NCBI GenBank assembly: GCA_043228905.1 | Contig: JBHGNT010000018.1 | Span: forward strand, 8,618,001-8,682,000 | DNA: 64,000 nt | Direction of reading: 5' to 3' | Source: Azolla caroliniana | Lineage: Eukaryota; Plantae; Polypodiophyta | Part shown: one piece after another, positions 54,181 to 64,000 of the stretch | Position numbering within the stretch: the stretch's first letter is position 1 | Layout of the letters: the number at the start of each line of letters is the position of its first letter | Made by a program: the position numbers and the translations under genes | Notes under the pieces: generated by a model | Databases searched by the model: none | What the model was told of the DNA's origin: nothing | Seen by the model: the letters and a program-made list of their open reading frames with translations, nothing else

Positions 54181-57100
54181 TTACTTGTCCGTTGGTCCAA
54201 TCGGACCCTTACCGGCCTCATTCTCCCCAGTTACCTGCTCGCCGTTTCTGCCGTCTTGGTGGTTGCCGTTTCCCTCATAGGTTGCCATTTCCGCACTGGT
54301 GTCGGTCCTTTGCTCAAATGGGTTTTTGGGCATCGGTCCTCTATATGGCTTCAATCGGAATCCGTTGACCCATTTGCCTAGCACTTCGCCGGCAAGTGTC
54401 CCTAACTGGTAGGACCCATTATACTCACGTGTCAGCCAATACGGTCCGGTCCATCTAAACCGTAGTTTACCCGGCATCTTGCTCATCTAGGTCTGAAATA
54501 CTAACACCGGTTTGCCGATTGCGAACATTTTTTCGTTTCCTTTCCTGTGCCGGTCGACAAATGCTTTCTGTCGCCGTTGTTCCAATTCTAAGTGCAGGAT
54601 GCTTTTCCAGTCGTTGTTCCTTGAGTTCACACAACGTTGTTAACCGTATTGCCTCCGACTCCTTCTCGTTCAGCCGTTCCCGTAGCTGGATCCGTAAGCT
54701 GGGTACTTGGAATTCCACTGGCATTACCGCCTCTAGTTCGAACACTAACCGGAACGGTGTTGTTCGGATGCTCGTTTTATATGCCGTCCGGTATGCCCAA
54801 AGCGCGCTATGTAGCTTGGTATCCCAATCCGTTCGGTTTTCGTTGACGATCTTCCGGAGGACATTCTGGAGCGTTTTGTTCATCGATTCCGCTAACTCGT
54901 TTGCTTGCAGATAGTATGGTGTGCTCCGTTTATAGGCAACGACATAGAATGTCGTCAGGCTTTCAACTACTTGGCCGAGAAAGTGCCCCCCTTGGTTGCT
55001 TATTAATTCGATTGGGCACCCGTAACGGCCCCAGATGTACTCGTATAGAAATTTCTCCGTTGACGCAGCGGTGATGTCTCTTAAGGCTTTGGCCTCCACC
55101 CATTTCGTGCAGTAATCCATTGCGACAATGACGTACCGATTACCCGTTCTCATTGCCGGTGGTTTGAACGGTCCAACAAAGTCCAGTCCCCACTTCTGGA
55201 ATGGCTCGAGTGGTAGTACCAGCTGGTGTGGCATACGAGCCTGCTCCGTTGGCTGGCCCATTCGCTAGCATAGGTCACATTCTTTTGCGTATCGTACCGC
55301 ATCTCTTAATGTCGTTGGCCACCATAGGCCACTTTGCCATATTTTCCTAACCGTCGCATCTCCGGCATAGTGACCTGCGGCAACTCCGCAGTGGGCTTCC
55401 CTCAGTATCAGGACCTTTTCATCGCTGCGCACAACCCGTCTCCATATGCCGTCCGCGCCCTTGTGGTAAAGTGTGTCTTGTAGTAAGCAGAAATGTCGGC
55501 TTTGCACCGCCAGACGTTTCCGTTCGTCCCGGTTCATCTCTTCCGGAGGCAGTCCTGTGCTCAGAAACTGGTGCATGTTTGTGAGCCACTTGTCTTCTTG
55601 TGCCACCGTCTCATCTGCTGCCGTTTCCGTAGTATCGGAGCATCCGGCTGTGCCACCGGATCTGGCCTAAGAACCGGCTTAATGCCTTTGCCGTTGCCGG
55701 CGCCGGCGCTTCTAATATGGCTTTCACTTTGTCCGGGTCGACTGCAATACCTTCCTGGCTCACAATATGTCCTAATAAAGTTCCACTAGACACGCCAAAT
55801 ACACACTTTGCCGGATTCAAGCTTAGCCAGTACGCTCTACACTTTTCTAGACAAAGACGGAGGTGCTGAAAATGGTCCTCCTCCCGGCTATAGACGGCGA
55901 AATCGTCAAGGAAAACCTACATAAAAGCCGGGATATATTCACCAAAGATTTCCATGATGATTCGTTGAAATGTTGCCAGTGCCGTTTTGAGTCCGAACAT
56001 CATCACCATGGCCACAAACACCACCCATTCGGTGACGAAAGCCGTTTTCTCTTGGTCGTCGGGGTGCATCCGGATTTGATTATACCCGCTGAATCCGTCT
56101 AGAAAGCTATAGACCTCATGGTCGGCGACGGCATCCAACACTCCATCTGTGAACGGGAGTGGAAACGCATCCGTTACCGTAGCCGCATTGAGTTTCCGGT
56201 AGTCCACACAAACTCGAATTTTTCCGTTCTTCTTCGGTACGACTACGATCGGGCTCAACCATGTCGCTTTCTTTACCGGACGGATAAAGCCAACTCTTAA
56301 CAGTTTGTCGATTTCCTCCTTGGCTTTGGCGGCATAATTGGGATTCATCCGGTACCGTCTTTGTGCCACTGGTTTTGCGTCCTTGCTCAAGTGAACCTGA
56401 TGCTGGTATAACTGAGGGTCGAGTCCTCGCATGTCTTCGTATGACCAGGCGAACACATCGCGAAATTCCGTGAGAAGTGTGATCATCGTCGTTTTGTCTC
56501 CGGTCTTCATCTCCTTGGCGATGTGCACCGGTTTTGTTTCGTCCGTGGTCCCTAGGTTCACCTCTTCAAGTTGCGACGCTTTTACGCGCTGTGAAACGGC
56601 CATTTCCCGTTCCAACGCTTCCTGCGCTTGCCGTAACTCCCGGATTGTGTCTTTATCCGGTTCTGCTTCAGCCTGTTCCGGCTACGGTAAGTATGGTGCT
56701 ACTGCTTCAGCAATGTCAATTTCGAAGAGGGGTATGATCTTCGGGTTTTCCTGCAAGTACTGAGCTTCTTCTTCGTCAGCTAACCCTTCTAGCATGTTGA
56801 CGCACTCTGCATACAATGGTGTACATTCCTTGCCAGTGCTCGTCCTTGGCTGTGTTGGTACCTGTACCTTGGCTTTTCCTCGTCGGAAGGTAATTATATT
56901 TTTCCTCCAATTCTGTTTGATATGTGCCATTTTCAACCATGGCCGCCCCGACAATAGTGGGTATGCGCCTTGTGCCTGTAATTGTAGCACTACTGCCGAG
57001 ATGTGAAATGTATGACCGCCCACGGTGACTTCTAATTTCCGTATTAATCCTGTCGGCCGTACTGAGCTTGTATCGGCCATCCGTAACCAGAACGGACACG

Positions 57101-59425
57101 GCTCCCACTCGTGGATTCCTAGGGCATCACACGTCAGGAGGCTTATTACATTCACCCCGGAGCCTCCGTCTATAACTGTGCCGGGGAGTTCTTTCCCTTT
57201 TACAATGGCAGTGATTACCGGACTGTTGGTGTCTACCACCATTGGTCCCTCCTCCGGATTCGAGAAGAGTACCAGTGCCGGTGATGATTCTCCTACCATC
57301 ATGGCCGTCTTCAGTCCTTCCGTGAATCTTGGCACGAGCTGTAGGAGTCTTCCTAGTGGCAGCGTAATCTGGCATTCTTGCAATGCCTGCCATATCTCGT
57401 TCTCGAAGTGACTGCCGCTGGCATGCCCTACGGTGTTCTCCTTTTGCCACTGTAAGTCTGTGACATTCTGCTCGTTTGCTTTCTTTACCCATTCCGTCGC
57501 TTGCTTCCGAATGGTCTCCTACGTCTCCCATTCCTTGGCCATGCCCTTCGACCTTGTGGTCACATGCTGCAGATCTGCCACCTCAGGGACTACCATATTT
57601 ACTGCCGGTCGTTTTTCATAGCTCTTCACCGGGCATTGATTACTATAATGACCTTCCTGTCGACAGTAGTAGCAGTAGGCTTTCCGGGTATTGCTGGATT
57701 CGGCATTGTCTGTTGTACCCGAGGCCGGTCCTGTGGTAAGTGCAGGGTTTTGGGCCGGTTGGCTGCTTGAAGCTCCTTGTTCCGGATCCCGTAGGTAGCT
57801 GCCTTTTTTGAAATGCCGTTTTTTGTTATAGTTCTTCTTATTGCGGTACTCTTGACGAGGTTGCTCGTTATATCTACCGTATTCCTCCCGTTGCTGACGA
57901 TACCCGGGGGAGTGCTCCCAGTCGTAATGTTCGTATCGTCTATTGTAATCCCGGTACCGATCATATCTATCATGCCGGTCATAGTTATCTCGCCGATCAC
58001 CGTACCGGACATCATTCTCCCGTCGATCGCCATACCGGACATCCTGTGCCGGTCGGTCGCGGTCCATTCGCCGCCAGCGTTCCTCTTCTTCATCCTGGCT
58101 GCTGCGTGGCTCTATTTGTCGGATGGGCGGTGCTTGCCGATTCAATAGATTATACTCGCACCTATTCGTTGTATGGCCCTTGGATTGACAGATTACACAT
58201 TGTGTCCTCATAGTGCATTCTAGTGCCGAGTGTCCGGAATTCAAGCAAGTTGTGCACTGTATTATTGCTTGCCGAAACCGGAGGTCTTCATCGGACGGTA
58301 ACGCCCGTTGGAGTGCTCCCAGTGTGAGCCAGGAGCTTGTCTTTTCCATCTCTCTCACCCGGTCAATGACCTGGTCGATGGTACTTGTGCGGAAGTCAAT
58401 TACTGTGCAAACCGTGCGTAGGGGTTCCCGGAGCACATTTAGGAATATAGTCCGTAATTCCTCCTCCGGGGGTGCGCGGGCAAGCTGACTATGCATCCGT
58501 TGAAACCGGATGACAAATTGGGGAATGCTCTCCCCTGCCTCCTGTCGGATGGTATAAAATAAGCCCACCATTATTGTCTAGTCCACCTCCTTTTGGAAAA
58601 AATGCAAGAATTTAGCTTTTAAATTTGCGACGGTGGTGATGGTAGATGGGTCCTGCGTCCGGCGCATCTTGCTGCCGGTCCCTCCAATGTGACGCCAAAT
58701 TCTGCTATCTTAGAGCGTTCCTCTTCTTCCGGGGTCAATTGCTAGGACACATGGTTTGCTTCCCATGTCTGTTCAAAGGTGTGAACATGAGCTTCCGCGT
58801 CCGGATCATCTCTATACTTGGAGTACTGGAACGACATGTCGTCGTCCGGTATCGGTGCGCGGGCTGGCAGTGTTGGTGGTTGTTCCGGGATTTTCTCCGG
58901 TGTCAGTGGTCTTTCCTGATTTGTTTCCGGCGTCGGTGGTCTTTCCTCTTCTTTTGGTAATGGAGGCCTCTCCTCTTTGACTTCTGGTGTCGGAGGTCGC
59001 TCTTCCTCTGCTGGTTTCGGAGGTTCCAGTCTTAGCACTTCCGGTTCCGGTGTCGGTAAGGTGTCCGATCCTTCGTCCTCCAGTCCTCCCGGGGTTTCGC
59101 TGCTGCTACGGTAGTTCGTGTGCACGCTGTATTCCCCTTCGGAATCCGATTCATACGCTGAAAAGGCTTCTGCTTCGCCTTCTCCGTTTGCCAACGCCTG
59201 GAGAAGGGATTCGGTTTCCCGGAGGTTGCTTAGGCTGCTGCCGTCATCCGGGTGCGATGTTTGCTGTAACCAGAGGGAGTCCTCCGCTACTCTTCGGATT
59301 ACGTTGGAAAACGAGCGATCCGCTCTAATTTCCTGCACCGCTTGCTGGAAAGCCTCTCGTCTCCTTTGCCTTTCGGCAAGGCGTTGAGTTTGATCTGTAA
59401 CCAGGTCGTCCGTTGATCTAGTCAT
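54181..59425 (-). pseudogene. gag-pol polyprotein of Gypsy 50550-59916
   Basis: Gag 59425-57519, PR about 57160, RT 56615-55630, INT 55606-54181 including GPY/F (RWTGPY). A few stops and frameshifts. Confidence 0.9.
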
Positions 59426-59478
59426 CCATCTGTGTCGTCGTTCGCTGCAAAAATAGGAATCGTGGTTGCCAAAAACTG

Positions 59479-59916
59479 TGTTAACTCTTAGGGCCGGACA
59501 ATGGCCTAACACAGGGTGTCTACGGAAGACACTTCACCAAAGGGGTGTTACGGCAACAGGATTAGACTCAACGATTAATCCGACTTAATTAAGTTACTTA
59601 GCAAGATCGTCCTTAATATTCACACGCGTAAGATATAACAATGAATGCAGAACGGCAATTAACACAGAGAGATAACAACACTAAGCTTTATTACTTAACC
59701 GTTGTTCATTACATTGTATCCGGGCCTTTAAATAGGTTTCCTGTCTGTATTACAAAACGGTGCCATCCGCACCTGTTCGAGATCGGTCCGGATCCGGAAC
59801 GGCATACCGATTCCGGTCCGTCCGTCCACACTCATAGCTTACCTACAAGCCTTCCTACTAATTAAATGACTCCCCGTTTCACACTCTGGACTCCTTTGCC
59901 GGCCGGGCCGGTAACA
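59479..59916 (-). repeat. 5' LTR
   Basis: Direct repeat of 50550-50987, followed by the PBS-like motif. Confidence 0.97.
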
Positions 59917-60720
59917 ACCGCATGGTCGCTCGCGCTCGTTCATGTTCCCGATGAGGACTACACATGATTGCTTGTGTTCCAGTTCCCGGTGAGGGCTGCA
60001 TGGTGACTCACTCCCACTCGTGTTGTAGTTCCCAATGAGGGCTTCCTGGTCGCTCACTCCCGTTCATGTTCGAGTTTGAGTTCTTGGTGAGGGCCGCATG
60101 GCTGCTCACCCCGTTCCTGTTCTAGTTCCCGGTGAGGGTCGCATGGTCGCTCACCCCGTTCGAGTTCTAGTTGTTGGTGAGGGCCGCATGGTCGCTCACG
60201 CCCGTTCATGTTCCAGTTCCCGGTGAGGGTCGCATGGTCACTCATGCCCGTTCATGTTCTAGTTCTCGGTGAGGGCCGCACATGGTCGCTCAATCCTATT
60301 CCTGTTCCAATTCTCAATGAGGACCGCATGGTCACTCACGGACGTTCATGTTCTCGATGAGGACTGCACATGATCACTCATGTTTGTTAGTGTTCTAGTC
60401 TTTGGTGAGGACCACACATGGTCGCTCACACCTGTAAGGGTTCTAGTTTCCGGTGAGGACTATACATGGTCGCTCACACCTGTTCATGTTCCCGATGAGA
60501 ACTGCACATGATCGCTCACACCTGTTGGGGTTCCAGTTTCTGGTGAGGATTGTACATGGTCGCTCACGCCTGTCGTTCCAATCTCCGGTGAGGACCGCAC
60601 ATGGTCACTCAAGTCCCTTGTTGTTCTAATCTCCGTTGAGGACCACACATGGTGGCTCAAGTCCGTCAGTGTTCTAGTCTTCGGTGAGGACAACATATGG
60701 TTCCTCACTCCCGTTGGTGC
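59917..60720 (+). repeat. ~45-48-bp tandem repeat array, right part
   Basis: Roughly 17 degenerate units of gaggrccgcatggtcgctcac…gttccagttcccggt. Confidence 0.9.
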
Positions 60721-61689
60721 TCCAATTCCCATCCACCCCTACACCACGCTTTCAAAAAGGTGGCCTAAAGGGGAGGATAATGTCATGACAAAATGACATC
60801 AAATACGTACTTAGTTGAGGATTGAACCTACAACCTCACATCTACAAGACGTCATGCCTAACCATTTTGATATTAGCATGTATTTATATATAATAGTTTC
60901 TTGTTATTCTAGCATACATAATTTCCAGAATATTCTAGTCTTTAGTATATTTTCGAAATATTCTATGGTGTATTCTAGAGATATTTCTCAGGTATATTCT
61001 AGAGATATTCAATCTCAGAATTGGTATAAATACTTGTAACCTCCTTGGTCCCTTTCAAGGGATTCAACACCAGTCATTGACACATCAATCTCGTATTCTC
61101 GTTTCATTCCATCTTGTCTCCTTCTTCATCTCTGTCTTCATTTTCTCCATAGCTTCCTAAGTTCATAGTCTCATCACTCACAACTTCTAGAGTTCTTAGC
61201 CTCGTCATTTCTAGTTCCACGTTCGTCATCCATGCTCCGTCGCAGTCTGCAGTTGGTGTGTCCGTGAGAAAATCCTAGACACTTCCAGAAGGACTGCTGA
61301 CTGTCAACTCAAGAAGGACAAAGGTGTTGGTAATAATGTCGAACCCAGGAAGATTCCTAATGAAAAGGGCACATCCGCCGTACCTACGAGTGCAGAGGAG
61401 ATCTTGTTCATTTGTGAGCAGGCAAGCACAAATCTTGCAAATGAAGAGTGCACCTAGGTGATCGACTCCGGTGCATCTTTCCATATCACTCCTTTGAGAG
61501 AGTGCTTCTCGACTTACATAGCTGGGGACCACGACTATGTAAAGATGGGAGATAATGGTGAGTGCAAGATAGCCGGCATAGGAAGTGTAAGGCCGATGAC
61601 GTTGACAGGTTGTTGACTCACTTTGAGGGAAGTTCAACATGTCCCCAATATCAGATTGAATTTGTATCAACTGGAAGGTATGATGATGA

Positions 61690-63590
61690 TGTCACAAACA
61701 TGACTTCCACGTTTTCGAAAAGGCGGCTATAAAGGGGAGGATAATGTCATAGACATGACAACAATCATGTCAAGATTCGAATTGTTCACCTCTTGTATAT
61801 AATTCAGTGTTATATTCTAACCAACACATCCATATACATGGTCATGTTATCTATATCTTAGTAGATTATCTATTCCAAGTTCTAGGAGTTTTTAGAAGCT
61901 TCCAAAAAGCTAGCTTCTGCATGAACATGGGTTGATGCATGGAATTACATGTAGAGGCCACAAACATGTATAAATACATGTATCTTCCTTGATCCCTTTC
62001 AATGTCCATTCAACACCAGTCATTGACACATCAATCTAGTCTTCTCATTTCATGCCATATTGTCTCTGTGATCTTCATATTTGTCTTCATGCTCTCGAGT
62101 TAATCCTAGCTTCCTAAGCTCATAGTCTCATAACTCACAACTTCTAGAGTTCCTAGCCTCGTCACACTTCTAGTTCCAAGTTCTTAGCTTGTCACTTGTA
62201 GCCCCATCATCTGTGCTCCACCTGAGCCTCTGGTTGGTGTGTCCGTGTTAGTTTTAATCCCTTCCAACTGGAAACATCACCCGTCTTCGTCATCGCCCTT
62301 ACTTCCAGAGTTATCATCATCATCCCTATCTTTGCACTTCTTATCATCTTCCATATCCTTATCTCTGCGTTTTTTGTCATTGTCATCCTTCTCCCTGTGT
62401 TTCCTGCCGTTTTCATCATTGTCTATGTGTTTCTTATCATCATCATCCCTATCTATGTGTTTCTTATCATCTTCATCGTTGTCCCTGGGTTTTCTATCGT
62501 CCTCTATATGTCTGTCTTTGTGTTTCTTTTTATCCTCAATGTCTCGATCTCTGTGTTTCTTATCCTCTTCATCTACTTCTTTGTTTCCATCATTGCCATA
62601 GACACAATCATTGCTTTCGGAGACGCGTCCTCAACATCGTTGTCTTCATTGCTTTGTCTTCGACATCATCATCTTCAACACCTCTTGGTGTTGTCATCAA
62701 CACTACTTTGCTTAGCCTTCATCGACACTACTTTGCCTAGTGGTCATCGACGTCATGTGTCCCAGTTCCTGGTCGCTCACGCCCGTTCGTGTTCGTGTCT
62801 CTGATGAGGACCGCACATGGTCGCTCACGTCCGTTCGTGTTCGTGTCTACGGTGAGAACCGCACAAGGTCGCTCATGCCCATTGGTATCCCAGTTCCCGG
62901 TGAGGACCACACATGGTCGATCGCACCCATTGGTGTTCGTGTCTCCAGTGAGGACCACACAAGGTTGCTCATGCCCGTTGGTGTTCGTGTCTCCGGTGAG
63001 GACTGCACATGGTCGCTCACGCCCATTGGTGTTCGTGTCTCTGGGAGGACCGTACATGGTCGCTCATGCCCGTTGGTGCTTCAATTCCCGATGAAGGACC
63101 ATACATGGTCGCTCATGTTCACTCATGTTCCATTCTCCGGTGAGGACCACACATGGTCAGCCACTCCTCAACCTACTTCAGTTTTCTCTTTCAGCTCACC
63201 CCTACACCACGCTTCTGAAAAGGAGGCCATAAAGGGGAGAATAATGTCACGAACATGACTACCACGCTTCCGAAAAGGTGGTCGTAAAGGGGAGGATAAT
63301 GTTACGGACATGACAACAGTCATGTCAAGATTCAAACTCTTCACCTCTTGTATATAGTCAAGTGCTATATTTTTTATAAAAATTATCCTCCATTAGTATT
63401 AAGATTAAAATAGCCAAAGGCAAGATACTCAAGTGCTATATTCTAACCAACACATCCATATAGATGCTCATGTTATCTATAACTTAGTAGATTATTAGTA
63501 GATTATTTATTCCAAGTTCTAGGAGTTTTTAGAAGCTTTTGCATGAAAATGGGTCGATGCATAGAACTATATGTAGAGGCCACAAACATG
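61690..63590 (+). mobile_element. Non-autonomous LTR element, copy 3 (variant LTR); 3' LTR interrupted at 63591
   Basis: 5' LTR about 61690-62250, low-complexity region 62270-62740, 48-bp repeats at 62760-63160, PPT aaggggagaataa, 3' LTR from 63245. Confidence 0.85.
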
Positions 63591-64000
63591 TGTTGAGAGA
63601 TCAAGCTCAACTTAGTTTAGTTAGTTAGTCAACCATGTAACTTCGTAGTTACCTAGGTAGAATCTAGTTAGAAGTGTTGACTATAATGCCTTAAATAGGA
63701 CCTTGTACTTAAGTGGGATATTCTAGATCCTCCACTCCTAAGTACATTTAATATAGGACTTACACCGTGGTACCTATATTCCACTCATACATGTGCACCC
63801 TTGCACATGAGATGTATATATACCTCATTGTGGGTATTTTTGTATTTGATGATGATAATGCTAATTTAATATACTTACTCATCCCCCATCTTGTGTTGTT
63901 CATAAGTGTATCTCTCTCTCTCTCTCTCTCTCTCTTCCTCTCACACATACACACACATATCACATAATCTTCCGCTTACTAACTTTATCACATAATTAGG
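63591..64000 (+). mobile_element. Copia-type LTR inserted in the 3' LTR of copy 3
   Basis: Starts tgttgagagatcaagctcaac like the LTRs at 9389 and 10923, and abruptly interrupts the host LTR just before its TATA. Confidence 0.7.

Larger units (their letters stand above)
50550..59916 (-). mobile_element. Near-intact non-chromovirus Ty3/Gypsy (Athila/Tat-like) with extra 3' ORF; RNase H deleted
   Basis: 438-bp LTRs at 50550-50987 and 59479-59916 (about 9 differences counted by eye); perfect TSD accgc; PBS-like tggcaaccac. Gag with three CCHC, PR (IDGGSGVN), RT (FLDGFSGYNQI, FLDD), INT (WGLDFVGP). Confidence 0.97.
49043..61269 (+). mobile_element. Non-autonomous LTR element, copy 2, with tandem-repeat interior; split by Gypsy 50550-59916
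   Basis: LTRs at 49043-49551 and 60781-61269; PPT aaggggaggataa at 60768-60780; degenerate TSD aaagt/aaatc inside the Copia zinc knuckle; no gag or pol. Confidence 0.88.
41078..61689 (+). mobile_element. TNT1-like Ty1/Copia host element fragmented by four direct nested insertions
   Basis: 5' LTR about 41078-42281 and PBS tggtattagagc at 42285-42296. Gag MEGG…WKIKMEDLLIVKDLY resumes at 48434 (…WKLLNRKAVATIRQ). The CCHC knuckle is split at 49042/61270. Protease VIDSGASFH near 61460. Confidence 0.85.

Noticed and set aside
52261-59387. Numerous plus-strand ORFs antisense to the Gypsy element
   Set aside because: Shadow ORFs of GC-rich coding sequence on the minus strand.
59917-60720. CRISPR-like appearance: a conserved ~21-nt core alternating with more variable sequence
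   Set aside because: The 'spacers' are homologous to each other, so this is a degenerate tandem repeat. The context is a eukaryotic LTR element and there are no cas genes.
62239-63258. Hydrophobic or repetitive ORFs suggesting membrane proteins
   Set aside because: These are translations of low-complexity and 48-bp tandem repeats and are not conserved in frame between copies.

Overview
Eukaryotic land-plant genomic DNA. The TE repertoire, with Tcn1-type chromoviruses, suggests a non-seed plant such as a fern, lycophyte or bryophyte (inference). One intact host gene lies in the middle: a 10-exon TSO1/TCX (tesmin/TSO1-like CXC, CPP family) gene at 31321-35644 (+), about 1019 aa, with a GC-AG intron. 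It is flanked by two deeply nested LTR-retrotransposon clusters (1-21.6 kb and 37.6-64 kb) built from Copia elements, chromodomain Gypsy elements, non-chromovirus Gypsy elements, a LINE relic and a hAT-type MITE. Three observations stand out. (1) A non-chromovirus Gypsy family, present as two diverged copies, carries a conserved extra ORF of about 920 aa (N-terminal globular region, long coiled coil, acidic tail) after integrase and has a conserved non-purine motif where the PPT should be. (2) A non-coding, tandem-repeat-filled LTR family (3 copies) has no tRNA PBS; instead the predicted transcript 5' end is complementary over about 30 nt to the U5 end plus PBS position, a Tf1-like self-priming design. 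(3) One member of that family has a PPT-containing 55-bp extension at the start of both LTRs. All calls were made by eye; no database searches were run.
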